A stretch of 64,000 nt of DNA from Haliotis rubra (GCF_003918875.1 NW_025765325.1:496001-560000), one strand, 5' to 3'. Counted from the first letter of the stretch, positions 22,950 through 36,219 are shown. Notes: generated by a model from the sequence alone, not told the origin. Program-made: numbers and translations.

Positions 22950-24120
22950 ATTTGAAGATATGATGCAATTGATATATTTACAGGAGTAAATCAAAAGTGT
23001 CATTCACAAGGTCAATTTGCTCCTTGAGTAAAATAAGTCCACAAAAAGAGTGTGGGATAAATTGAGCGTATGTGTGTAGTCAAAAATCTTATGATAAGTT
23101 TAAGTTGGAGCAGAAACACAAGTCAGAAAAAGAAGTTGCAGCTGCCTTAAGTCTCCCATTGAAATGAAATGAACGCAAGTTGAAATGGCAGGAACTCCGA
23201 CACCGGGGTAATTTTCATCATAATAAGATAGTATTGTCTTGTGGACAAGGAACTATAATCCCTCTTAAAAGACCTTTTTTTCTGAGGAAAGATCTCTGGC
23301 GACATGTTAAAGGATGCAAATTCAATACAACACTTGATGGATATGTTAAGTGGAGTAGGTGGGCAACAAGAAGTCAAGGCTTTCTTGGAACTCTGCGACT
23401 GTGAATGGGACAGTGCCATCTCGAGCGTTGCTTTACAAACCCCCCAGAGATATAATACACTCAAAAAAATACCACTTTCTCACGACGTCAGGAGAAGAAT
23501 GAACACCTGGAAGAGGATTGTGATAGGCTGCTCAAATTGCTCACATCATGTCCATCTCAAGATACCTGGCGAAATCTGGCAGAAGTTGTCCTGGCACAAG
23601 TAGTCCTTTTCAACAGAAGAAGAGGAGGAGAGACTGAAAGAATTGAACTGAAGCAATATACTGGTAGAATGACAGCCAGAAGTGATTTGCATGAAGAAGT
23701 AGCATTGTCACTCTCATCTTTTGAGAACTTACTAGTACAATGACTCGGGTGGAGATAAGAAGGAAGAGAGGAAGAACTGCGGCTGTTCTGCTGCCTGACA
23801 GTCACAAGGCAAGGATTGACTGTCTGAACAAATATCGGAATGTTTGCAACATCAGCAAAGATAACAAATATGCTTTCGCAAGCGGTGGAGAATCTCTTAC
23901 ACCTTTGAGATGTGCAGATGTACTGAGCAAATTCAGCATTGATTGAAGAGCAAAAGTGCCAGAGTTGAATCTTAAGGACAATGAATTAGATGCGTTAGCT
24001 AGTTTTCATGGACATGATATTCGCATCCACCGCGAGTATTATAGATTGCCTGAAGACACAATACAGATTGCAAAAATCAGCAAGATATTGATGGAATTAG
24101 AAAAGGGTACCATTCAGATG
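22950..24120 (+). pseudogene. Degraded tyrosine-recombinase-like (Crypton-related) gene
   Basis: Fragments LWRHVKGC, VLFNRRRGGETERI, RVEIRRKRGRTAAVLL, LASFHGHDIRIHREYYRLPEDTIQIAK give an R...K...GH...Y arrangement. Stops and frameshifts present. Confidence 0.6.
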
Positions 24121-24678
24121 CATATTGATGGTAATTGTATACCCGATTCTGTTTATTAGCAGCCCAATGTTTTTGCTTGTGATGAGCGAAAACACTTACA
24201 CTACAGTAGTTTTGAGGAAATATCAGATAAAGATTAAAGGCCTGATGATTTTGGTGAACATTAAAATTATGGACAATATCAAGGAGCTTGAAACATATTT
24301 CAGCTCAGACTGTTAGATGTCATACATAAACAGCTACTTCTTGGAGAGATCTGCATCTCAAGATGATCCACAGTGCAGTGGCACTATATTTTTGAAAATA
24401 TTAAGAATGGTATTGCTTCCCTAAACTAGACTAAGTTGTGCCTGAAATGCAATTTTGTTTAGACAAGGTAAATTTGAATTGTATATTCTTTATTTGTTAC
24501 AGAGAGTGTTGATGTGGAGGTTATCTCAGATCATTATGGAGAAGAGCCTTCTGTTACTGAAGGTGGCAAAACGCTCAGTCAAAATGGACAGCATCTGCAA
24601 GGTGAATTTACTTGGCATTATCATTTTTTTTTACTTTAAGCAGTCACTATGTTGGGACACCATAATATATATGTCCTG

Positions 24679-24785
24679 GTCCCCGTTCCTCAAAGCGATC
24701 GTAGCGCTACAACAGTCGTAAGTCTATGTTAAAGTATGTGAGTTACGATCAACTTTGCGCTACGATCGCATTGAGGAACGGGGCC
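24679..24785. mobile_element. Palindromic MITE (Harbinger-like, CWG flanks)
   Basis: TIRs ccccgttcctcaaagcgatcgtagcgc / gcgctacgatcgcattgaggaacgggg. Confidence 0.75.
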
Positions 24786-24999
24786 CAGAACTATTTACTA
24801 AGGTTTGTGAAACTCTCCTGCCTTTACAAAAATGCGACATTGTAAAATATAAACTGACACATTTCAAGTTAATGAAGATTGTGATTATGTTATGATTATG
24901 TCAAATGTTTTGGTGTATATAGCAAAGTGGAAGGAGAGTATTGAAAGGTTTTTAAGATCTGCTCCAGAAAGAAGCACTACCACCAAATTCAGTTGAAGC

Positions 25000-25590
25000 C
25001 TAACTTGTTGCCATGGAAATGCAACAAGATGACATCCCCATAGTCACGGCCTAAATCACGTTTCTATGGAAACTGCAAAAATAAAATTCATATCTGGGTC
25101 TAAAAAAGGCACATCTAGGGATCATGCTTGATATGTGTACCAAGTTTGATGAAGCTAGCATGTACAGTTTAGGAGATCTGCTCCGGACAAGATGAAATCC
25201 TCATAATCACAGCATAAGTCCTGTTTCCATGAAAACAGCAAACAATAAATTCATATCTGGATCTAACCCCAAAAAGGCACATCTATGGGTGATGCTTGAC
25301 ATATGTACCAAGTTTGATGAAGCTAGCATGTATAGTTTGGGGAGATCTGCTCCTTACAAGATGACACCCTCATAGTCATAGCCTAAGTCATGTTTCCATG
25401 GAAACCGCAAAGAATAAAATTCATACTTGGGTCTAAACCCCAGCATGCACATCTAGGGATTATTCTTGACATAGGTACCAAGTTTGGTTTAGCTGTCACG
25501 AATAGTTTAGGAGATATGCTTCGGACAAAGTGTGACGGACGGAACTCGTTTCTATATCCCCCGCAACTTCGTTGTTGCGGGGGATAAAAA
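25000..25590 (+). mobile_element. Helentron-associated (HINE/DINE-1-like) element with ~180-bp internal tandem repeats
   Basis: About 3 repeats (...ggcacatctaggg...gtaccaagtttg...), then gacggacgg and a terminal hairpin atcccccgcaac-ttcgtt-gttgcggggat. Confidence 0.65.
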
Positions 25591-25699
25591 TAAAAGAAGA
25601 TTATTTCATCAAACTGTTCAGACCTAAACTTATTTGTACAAAGTAAAATCCGACTTTGTCCATCTGTATACAATGAAATTAATTAGATATTCCACTCCT

Positions 25700-28629
25700 C
25701 GTATATTAATGACCTCAAATTGTGGCGTCATACCCCCTTAGCGACGTCATAGATTAGCAGCGCCGTTATACACAAAGTATAGCAACGTCATTCTCATGAT
25801 GATCACATTGACAGAGTAAAACCGGTTAGAATTGAAGAAAATATATCTGTACCAAGAATCTTCATACTTTTTTCTTTTGTGTGTATATCACTTGGACCAT
25901 GAACTCCCATTCATTGTTATCATAATTATCTGGTTCAGGAACTGAAGATGCCGACCCCCAAAAGTACAGAAAAGAAGCAATTTAAAGAAGAGCTTCGGAA
26001 GAGTCCGACATCAATTGGTGACAAACTGACGCCCATTGCCACTGTGATGGACACATTGAACACCTCCATCGAGACCTCGCACGGGACAGGGACAATTCCT
26101 TCACACCTGCATTAGAAGTACCATGTCAAAGCGCTCTTCAAGAAACAGTGGAAAACTTACAGAGACGAGTCCAAGACATAGTTTCTGCAAACAAAGCAAT
26201 CCTCAGTACTCAGCCAAAAAACGCCTAGATAAGAGAGCAGCGGAGATCAAGCAATCTATTCTACGACTGTGGAATTCCCAATTATCCAAAAGGAAACGGG
26301 CCTATTGGGGACATGTGAATAATGCCAACATGGCGGACACTTATCAACAGCGGAAAAGAGAATAATATCAACTCGATTCCAGATAAAACCCATCACAGGA
26401 GAACCTGAAAGACAGCGACTCCTGAGGGAGAAACGGGCAATAGATGCGATGAAAACTGAGATTGAATTAATTATATCATTTACGTTCAGAATCCCACAAA
26501 GAAACATTCAAACGCACTGAGAAAGAAATGAGTGAAGAAATACACAAGATCAGTCAGGGACAAGTCCGTGAACATCTGAAAAATGAGTGGAGGAGGACAT
26601 ACAAGTCTGAAGAAGAAATATACTCGACGACTTCAGAAGAACATTCTGTGGCATGGACAATTTACATCAAAAGTACATCTTAAATCCATTCATAAAAGAA
26701 AAAAGGGAGAGAAAATCATATTCGGATGCATTGAAAAGAGACCCCGCTACTAACCAGCAAAACTGCATGAAACGGAGACATATATGTTATTCAAATGGAA
26801 GCCCTCCACAATGGAACCTTCATGAAAGTGGTCGCAACAGTTTCCAATCCCGAGGCCGAGTCAGAAACAACACTTGGAACAACAGCGGAGGTAGAAGTTG
26901 CAGCCGGACCCGCAACCGTTCTTCCAGCCATCCACACTACATAGTCACAGAAGAACTACCGGCGACAGACGCAGTAGGGGACGCGCCAGCACACCCGGCC
27001 ATGTACGTTATAGGAATCAGAGACATGCGACATTTGAAGACAGTGATTCTTTATAGTGACAAAGAGCCTCCCTCGGCACAGGGGGAGTAGACAATAGAGC
27101 TTAAAGTTTTCAATCTATCCTCTGTAGATCTAAAGGAGGAGGAGATCTCAGTGTTATATTGAAAGGTATGAAATTCACCCCTACTCCTTCTAAACTAATG
27201 ACAGATATTTATGAATTTTGTAGAAAGTTACGTCTTTTAGACCATTTTGAAATTGATAGAGATATTGAAGATGTGTCACTCGCTAAGAACAAAAGTAACT
27301 TTATACCTGTAGCTGGTAAAATAAAGCCCTTGATAAAGTAATTAAGCAATTAAAGGAATTACCTTTTACAGATCGTTTCTCATAAAGGGGAGATCTAACA
27401 TTTCGGGTAAAGAATGGGAAGCCTCAAACTCATTGTCAAAACATGAATATATTGTGATTAAACAGGCCGATAAACGGGAAGCCACAGTTATTATGGACGC
27501 GGACTATTATCGGCAAACTAGGCATTCTCACAAATAGTGAATATTACGAAAGGCTCCCAAAAAAATCGCAAAAATGGTAATTTTAAATGTTAAAAGATTA
27601 GTTAATTCATATTCCACTAATCTAACAGAAAAAGAAGAAGAGTAATTTCGAATAGAAGGAAAGTAACTTCTATGGACTCCCTAAAATTCATAAAAGTGCG
27701 GTTATAAGCTCAGGATGTAAAAATCTATTTCCCACCTGTGTCAAGTTACAACCTGCGAATGATTTGAAATTACGGCCTATCATTGCGGGCCACAATGTCC
27801 AACACATAGGTTAAGCAATTTTGTAGATACCCTATTAAAACCTTTCACCCAACACGTCAAAAGCTATTTACGGGATACTACTGAATTTCTCAAGAGTCTC
27901 CCAAAATCAGTAGATGAAGGTACAAAATTGGTAGGTTTTGATGTAGATAATCTCTACTCCAATATTCCACATGATCGGCTGCAAGTAAACTCAATGTGCC
28001 TGTGCATCAGACCCTTGACAGAGCAGGTTGGGCTTCCGCAAAGACCTTTGCGAAATATTACAAAAAAACAGCTGTAATTCCAGATCAAATACCTAAAGAA
28101 TTCATTACTGAAAGCATAAAGTTCATACTGAGCAATAACTTTTCATCTTGATGGCTCCCACTATAAACAAGTTAAGGTACGGCAATGGGCACAAACATGG
28201 CTCCTACCTATGGAACCCTTGTTCTAGAATATTTAGAGGAAATGTTATAGTCTAAAATAGAAGAAACATTTGGCGAACCATGTAATGCCGAATTTCAAAA
28301 TCAGTGGAATTGATTCTTAGATGACACAGATTTACACTCTGGAAAAGAAGTGAAGTGATTTGGAATCCCTTTCAAACATGCTATAAAATTTACACCCAAG
28401 GTTGTCTTTTACCAAAGAGGTAAACAGTACACATCTTTCTTTGCTTGATATACATGTTTCAATACCAAACAACATTGTAGAAACCGACATATATAAAGCT
28501 ACGGATTTAAAACAGTATCTAGACTACAATTCATGTTACCCACGCCACACACAAAACAGTGTCCCTTACTCTTTGGCGCGAAGAATATGCACAATAGATG
28601 GCTACCATGACAGTCATATTAAAAATTAA
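25700..28629 (+). mobile_element. Degraded Penelope-like retroelement (3'-truncated, no GIY-YIG seen)
   Basis: RT motifs IVIKQADK, FYGLPKIHK, LRPIIAG, FDVDNLYSNIPHD, GTAMGTNMAP, LSLLDIHV, QYLDYNSCYP...VPYSLARRICTI, with many stops. Confidence 0.85.
25790..25832 (+). ncRNA. Degenerate minimal type I hammerhead ribozyme of the Penelope pLTR
   Basis: ATTCT-cATGATGA-stem II-aAAAC-CG-GTt-AGAAT. Stem I and the palindromic ACCGGT stem III are intact; the core is mutated. Confidence 0.45.
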
Positions 28630-28750
28630 ACTTAGTCACTAAGTCACATTAGTCAGTGGGTTTCACAGCAAGTGAAGTTTGATACATGCATAGCTTTAAG
28701 CATAACTGAAAGCAGATCTGACGGTTTTTGCGAAACTTTCCAATTTGAGT

Positions 28751-28915
28751 AGTGACTGAGTTTCGTTTTACACCGCTTTTAGCAATATTCCAGCAATATC
28801 ACGGCGGGGGGACACCTGAAATGGGCTTCACACATTTAACCCATTTGGGGAATCGACCTTGGGTCTTCGGGGTGACGAGCGAACGCTTTAACCACTAGGC
28901 TACCCCACCGCCCCC
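28751..28915 (-). mobile_element. SINE family A
   Basis: Reverse-complement match. Confidence 0.85.
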
Positions 28916-30904
28916 TTTCCAATTTCACCTTGTTTTGACCACTGGACATAGGCCACACCCCGTTTTGCAGTTGTCTTTTGATTAAATCTTCTCCAAGAAC
29001 AATTAAACTGTGAAGCGGAAACTTGGCATACATTTTCCTTGCCATGGGTAGACCAATGTTTGTTTAAAGCACTCTGATCCAATTTCAGATATGGCCATTA
29101 CAGCAGCAATATTTAAAAAAATTCCTTTTAAGCTATTTGTTGAGCATTTCTGCAATAATTCATCTAACATTTTGGTATGAAGGTACAAATTAGCAATACT
29201 CAACACATATCTTACAGGTTTTGCTTTGTGTTATATTTTGACCTTGAATGGGCCTATGATTCATTGTTACCTCCTGTTATCAACTTCAATCAAATTTGCG
29301 TTTCCAGGTGAGCTACAGTGCATGTTGCACTATTCTTTTCTCAGAATGTTGTGTCATTATGCTAGTGGTATAGTTATGCCTTATGTCGTTTATTACTTTT
29401 TGACATGTTTAATTTTAGCTTCAGGATATATATATATATTTCTGTGATGTAACTTCTACACTGTTCTGACGGGAGATCAATTACTGTTCCAAAATTGTTT
29501 ACTCAAACCTATATCCTAAGTTTCAGACATATTAGTTCCTGTCGAGTTGTTTGTCACTCTTAAGTGAATAGGCTAAGTCACATCTTTAAACTGAGGATAA
29601 CTGATAAAAATTTAGACAGTTCTCTAGTATCCCGGAAATATCCCCTGCAGCTTCCATAAACATTCTGGCAGATTCTTCTTTCACACAAAACCCAGTTGCA
29701 CGCTTGAGTTTTGGTATCATTTTATAAGCATTGAAGCTTTTTCGCTTCAAAGGCGGATGGTATGTCCACAGTGACTAAATTCCATCTTCGTCAGCTTTTG
29801 GGGCAAAGACCTGAAGGATCTGACATATCGTCTGTCCTCTAGCATGTCTAGCGTTGGCGCTTTCTTGCCCTTCTTTCGACAGTTGATCAAATGAATGGTA
29901 GTCTAGTCCATGTTTGCTACATTGAACACAATATGGTCACTCAGGACATGACGTATGACATAACAGAATTCTAACAGTGAGCCTCTCTATACAGTTTAAT
30001 AATCACTGAAATAAATATTAATGCATGAAAAAAAATGTGCATCGGGGATCTTACTTGTGGTATAGACCTAAAATAATACGACTTAATTCGTTACAATAAT
30101 TTATTAATATCTGTCAGGTCGGAGATCTTAAATCTGTACACATAAGAGTATCAACGAAGTTAGAAATGGGTTGTTTCCATATGAGTTTTTAGATATAAAT
30201 ACTTGATTTATAAATGTTTTACATAAAAAATGACAGGATATGGGCTGTTCTGAAGGCTTTTTACTTTTGTGCTGGAATACATGTGATCACATGAGGCTAT
30301 TCTTTCCGAGAAATCGGGAGAGCCTGCACTATCCATGTGGTGTAGTGCGACCTATGAGCAACATGTATACCGAGGGTGTACTCACTTGTACAAGACCCCA
30401 TCCTACAGTTTGTAGGACTGTCCCTACAACAGTCGGGAATGCTTACCTACAAACTCTGTATCAATAGTCTGACATGCCAATAACCGTATCATCCCTCACC
30501 CACACCAGTACCCCACATTCATAGTGCTGATGTTGTCATATGACCAATGACAATTGACTCTTTAGTATAGGGAACATGTCAGATGTTCTAGCTACTTATT
30601 GATGTTGGACTGTTCTGAACACTAAATGGGTTAACACAAAAGGAATTGTGGGTAATCAATGGCTGCCATGTGTTAGTTGATGTCTTCTGTCTTCAGTGAT
30701 GGGTCAGTGTGGCAGCAGTATAAAACGTGTTGATTAGATTGCAAGGATTGATCACAGGTTATACAACATTAACTGTATGCTTGAAATCCACTCAAGAGAC
30801 ATTAACAAGTTGTATGGGTATGCTGAATGTCCCCACCACTGTATCTTTGACCAGAGGTTGCTTGTAGTTGAATCTGAAATAAGACATTTGCAACAGCCCA
30901 TTTT

Positions 30905-31830
30905 CCAACTACCTCTCCCACTTCCAAAGCGGAGATACAGATCAAAGGATGCAATCCCACCACCTCCCCTACTTCCAAAGCGGAGATACAGATCAAAGGA
31001 TGCAATCCCACCACCTCCCCTACTTCCAAAGCGGAGATATAGAGTTAAGGATGCAATCCCACCACCTCCCCTACTTCCAAAGCGGAGATACAGATCAAAG
31101 GATGCAATCCCACCACCTCCCCTACTTCCAAAGCGGAGATACAGATCAAAGGATGCAATCCAACTACCTCTCCCACTTCCAAAGCGGAGATACAGATCAA
31201 AGGATGCAATCCCACTACCTCCCCTACTTCCAAAGCGGAGATATAGAGTTAAGGATGCAATCCCACCACCTCCCCTACTTCCAAAGCGGAGATACAGATC
31301 AAAGGATGCAATCCAACTACCTCTCCCACTTCCAAAGCGGAGATACAGATCAAAGGATGCAATCCCACCACCTCCCCTACTTCCAAAGCGGAGATACAGA
31401 TCAAAGGATGCAATCCCACCACCTCCCCTACTTCCAAAGCGGAGATACAGATCAAAGGATGCAATCCCACTACCTCCCCTACTTCCAAAGCGGAGGATCC
31501 GGGGTAGAATAGGTCTTCAGCAACCCATGTGCTTGCCATAAATAGGCGACTATCTTGTCGTAAGAGGCGACTAACGGGATCGGGTGGTCAGTTTCGCTGA
31601 CTTGGTTGACACATGTCATCGGTTCCCAATTGCGCAGATCGATGCTCATGCTGTTGATCACTGGATTGTCTGGTCCAGACTCGATTATTTACAGACCGCC
31701 GCCATATAGCTGGAATATTGCTGAGTGCGGCGTAAAACTAAACTCACTCACTCACTCCAAAGCGGAGATATAGAGTTAAGGATGCAATCCCACCACCTCC
31801 CCCACTTCCAAAGCAGAGATACAGATCAAC
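30905..31830 (+). repeat. 51-bp minisatellite (~13 units) interrupted by a family B element
   Basis: Unit caaagcggagatacagatcaaaggatgcaatcccaccacctcccctacttc. Confidence 0.95.
31496..31755 (+). mobile_element. SINE-like family B (duplicated-hairpin subfamily, ~10 nt 5'-truncated)
   Basis: 12-bp TSD tccaaagcggag at 31484-31495 and 31756-31767. Confidence 0.9.
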
Positions 31831-32515
31831 GGATGAAAGCTCCCAGCCTTCTTCGCTTCCTGTGCAGTCTGCAGCAAAGGCTCCACATGCCACTCCAGTT
31901 TCTTCAGCATTTTCGAGTCCAACATTGCCTCAATCGAAATGTATTTTTTCTGAAGATGGCTCTTACATTGACATGTCATTGTAATAGAGAACAGTTGATT
32001 TTAAAGCCTGACCTAATTTCCACTGCTCTGCATAAGATGCAGAGGTAACATTCATTTTTGTGTCTATTGGTAATCAGTTTTCTTTCTTTTTTCTATCCAG
32101 TAAGAAAACACTAACCTTTTTGTCCAAAAAAATCTTTCTACAAACATAACTTTATTTCCAAGGAAATATGTTGACTTGAAGATACTTACAAGGTATATTG
32201 TGAGAAATATCCAGTGTTATGCATAGGAATGTCCGACACAAATTAGTTATGGTGAACTGTCTCCAGTTCTGCTGTTAATTGCTAAGGATATAGTAGACCA
32301 GGTTTTGGTCAGTTTGAAATGTTCACGAAATGGTTTTCAATAGTTCTGTGTTTCATGGAAAATGATCATGATATTATTGTTTTTATTAGTTCATGTAGAC
32401 AAAGACCAGCTTGGTTTTTATGTTGTGGTCTGTTGTCATCGCTGTGGCAATCATATTGAAAGCGTGTTTTCGCTTAATTAGACATTTGTTATCTCCCTGG
32501 CGTATAATTCAGAGC

Positions 32516-32800
32516 AGGGGCGGTATGCTAAAAAAGTAAGATTTTTATTAAGTTTTGTCGTAAGTTTCTAAGTTCGTATTCATAAAGTGACTTAGTAAAA
32601 AAATTAGCTGAGTCGGAGGTTAAGTCAATCAGAAACTTAAGTTCATAGCAGATGTGCGTGCGCATCTTATGGGAAAATCCCAGCAACGGAAAACTTCCGG
32701 TGAAACTCTTTAATGCAAGAAATTAAAAAGTGACGTCAAGCGGGGATTCCCTTCTGTCATCGTATCGCCGACAACAAAGCGATCAAAAAGGCAGAAACTG
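32516..32800 (+). mobile_element. Harbinger-like terminus fragment
   Basis: cag-gggcggtatgctaaaaaag... with cttaag/ctaag subterminal motifs, similar to 37912. Confidence 0.45.
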
Positions 32801-33206
32801 AGGAAAGAGTTCCTTTCGTACCCCCCGCCTATATTTTGATTTATTTTTTATAAAAGGGTCGCTTTCAGTTTTTGGGGGGTTTTAAGCGATTAATAGGGTA
32901 TAGAAATTTGGGAGTAACTGTTTAAAAAAGTGTGCGGTGGAAAACAAAATGCACGTCCCTTTTCTGCTGTCCAGTCCCTCTTGCCTACTCTCCTGGTAGC
33001 ATCCTCTCGATCAGCTGTTACCCGCCATGCCCCACTTCCGGTACTCACTAGGCTGTTTGACATACAACTAACGACAAGTTATAACAACAATAGTTTATTT
33101 TTGCAAATGTTCTTGAATTGGAGGCAAGTCTCGAACTCGTGTCGTCGAGGTGGTAGCGCATCGTCTAACGATCTCGGCCACGGCGGCGAACAGATTGTTT
33201 TGAAAA

Positions 33207-36200
33207 GTATAATGGGACTCTCTATTATCGCGGGCTCTCTATTATCGCGGCACGTGAAAACATCTGCAAAACGGAAATACCACGCCCTCTGACGGTTGTT
33301 TACATATGCAAATTATATCAACGAGTTCTTTGCTCCGTCAAAAGTGATTATTTTCTGCAGAATGTCACGCCTAATCGTAAGTATACTAAAATATTCATCT
33401 TTGCAATAAGTTCTAGAACCTTTTGAAACTGGTTTGACCCCTATCGCCATTGGAACCCACTCTAAACAAAACCTACTTCATCAAAGTAATCCTGAGAGCA
33501 CCGAAAGGTCGTCTGCATATTTATTGTTCTAAAACTAAATCCGGAAGTGACGTACTGTGCAACTTGTCAATGCAAAAGACAACATAATTTATGACACGAA
33601 TTAAGGCTAAAGATTATTGCGCTACGTTTTTTTCACTACTTATCCAAATGAACAGAAGTTTCAAATCATTTCTTTTTAAAAAAATTACGTTAGGAATCCT
33701 GCTGAAGTTCCTAAATAATTTTATGTTTCATTGTAACATTTCATGAAAATGATTTCAAGTGATGAAATAATTCTTAAAACATTGTGGAAATGTATAGAAT
33801 TATTTTATGTATTAAAAGTGAATCTTGGTTGACAATGTTTTTAATTTTATATTTTAATTTACATTTTTCCACAATGTATTACACTATACAAACATAAATT
33901 TTATTATCTAATTAGTTTTACTGTTTTATTATCTAGGATCCTTATGCTGGTAAAGTGAAAAGGTCCTTATCATTCAAGCATATAAGGAAGCTGTATTTGC
34001 CTAGTAGTCTTCGTCATGATTTTGATGCTACTCAGAATGGACTGTCAGTTTACCGTGGAGCTAGACAATATGGTGTGCCTGAGTCAACGCTCAGAGACCG
34101 CACCCGTGGGAACATTGCCTTGGAGAGTTCATCTGGGCCAGATACAGTTGTGGAGAAGAGGAAAAGCTTGTCAGCCATATAACATACATGGCCAGTATTG
34201 GTTATGGTTGTTCCAAGTCAAATGTGCAGTACCAAGCAGCTGACTATGCTCACTCACTAGGTAAGAAGGAGGCAACTAACAAACCACTGAGTGACTGCTG
34301 GTTTTACGGATTCATGAGGAGATGGCTTAGAGTGAAGCTTGCCAAACCTCAGAAATTAAGTCTAATGAGAGCACGGTACTCTTCAAGGGAGGTGCTGGAC
34401 AGTTATTACAAGGAATTGTCAGGTATTCTTTCAGCTCATAATCTCCGACACAGACCAGAAAGAATATATAACATTGATGAGACAGGTGTGAACACCGAGC
34501 ACTCCCCACCTAGGATTGTGTGCGATGCCAACTCTCAGCCCCAGGCAGTAACATCTCCAAGATCATCAACTGTTACACAGTAAGTGGAGGAGGAAATGCA
34601 GCGGGTAACTATATTCCACCATATTTCATATTTCCTGGTAAGAGATGGAATCAAGATTATATTGAAGGTGCCCCACCTGGATCTGATGGCGAAATGTCTG
34701 ACATTGGATGGTCGAATACTGATGTATTCTTTAACTATTTGACAAAGCACTTTTGTGAAACATGCAGGGATATCTTCTGATGGAAGTTCACCAACAATTC
34801 TCATCCTATTTGATGGACACAAATCTCACACATCGCTGACGTTGGTTGACTGGGCTAAAAGACATAATATCATACTGTTTCTCCTTCCACCTCACACCAG
34901 TCATGTTACACAGCCTTTGCATGTTGGTGTATTTTGGCCTTTTAAATCCATGTATCACAGGGCCTGTCAAAACCACCTGCAAAGAAATCCAGGAATAAAA
35001 ATAACAAGGTATGATGTTGCGTTGCTAACTGCACTTCCATACATGCGATCCATGTGCCCAGATCTTCTGCATTCCGGAGAGCTGGTATATATCCGTTTTC
35101 AACATCTTAAGTCACCGATTCTCAGGTAGCACCATCCGAAATCTACAAAGATCAAAATGATAAGGAAAATCAACCGGGGGGATGCCAATATCGAATCACA
35201 AAGTGAAACAGCAACTTCTTGTATTTCTGCTACTCCTACTGATGCAACTTCTTGTATTTCTGCTACTCCTACTAATGTATCCACCAACCCTTATGACAAA
35301 TGCAATGAATTATTTAAGGTCAGAACAATAAAAAAAATTGTTAAGAAACCAAAGAAGACATTTGTCCCACTATTCCTTGGAGGAAGTCTAATGAAGAAGA
35401 AAAACATTGACATTCTTAAGACATCAACTAAATCAAAGTCATCACAAATTGTCATCTCCGATTCAAAGAATGTGAAAAAAAACTTCTGAAAAACAAAACA
35501 ACCTTAAATAAGTAAAGAAGCCAAATCCGCAACCAGGTCCATCAACTTTTTATGTTGACAGCTCTGGTGATGATGATGATGAAACCATATCCGAGGATGA
35601 ATCCAACAACTGCTGTGTCTGGAATATTTTCTCCTCCTGACTTGAGAAACCGTGTCAACCTTGTCATAGTGAAGTGGGCACAGTGTGACAAATGTGGCCA
35701 CTGGACACAGCTTACCCTCTGTACACCCATCAGAGTTGTTAGACAGACTGGGGAATTCCTTTGCCCACACTGTCGTTAGTAACCCAAACATTTGAAACTG
35801 TTTTGTTTTGGTGTTTTTCGTCTTTTCTACTTATCAACGTTTGCCAAAAATAATTCATCGACATTCAAACTTATTTCATGGATTTAGGACATACATACAC
35901 ATGTGGATGGACAAAACTTGTTACCTGTGGTAAGTAAGTGTCAAAAAGTGTTTTACATGCTTGTGCGGCATGCTGTAGTCTAAAAATAGCAATACCGCGA
36001 TAATATAGAGTGGCTTCCCTTTCCGCTTCAAACAGGGTAGTCGGGATCTCCGCTATCGAATTCAACATATAGCGACTGTATGCCACATTATTTACGACTG
36101 AAATGAAGTTTAAACACCAGTAAGCTACAAATATATAAAAATGAAAAAAAATCAGTATGCGTTCATAGTCCCGATGGCGACAACATTAACTACCGCGATA

Positions 36201-36219
36201 ATTGAGGGTCCCATGATAC
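33207..36219 (+). mobile_element. pogo/Tigger-like DNA transposon with a disrupted transposase (psq-HTH, CENP-B HTH, DDE_1, C-terminal PHD-like finger)
   Basis: TIR atgggac.ctc.attatcgcgg at both ends. Motifs ARQYGVPESTLRDR, IYNIDETG, ILFDGHKSH, LPPHTSHVTQP, WAQCDKCGHW...CPHC. Confidence 0.85.

Noticed and set aside
29550-30230. Possible coding relic on the minus strand
   Set aside because: No recognisable motif or sustained reading frame.
30905-31830. CRISPR-like array
   Set aside because: Contiguous tandem units with no unique spacers, eukaryotic context, no cas genes.
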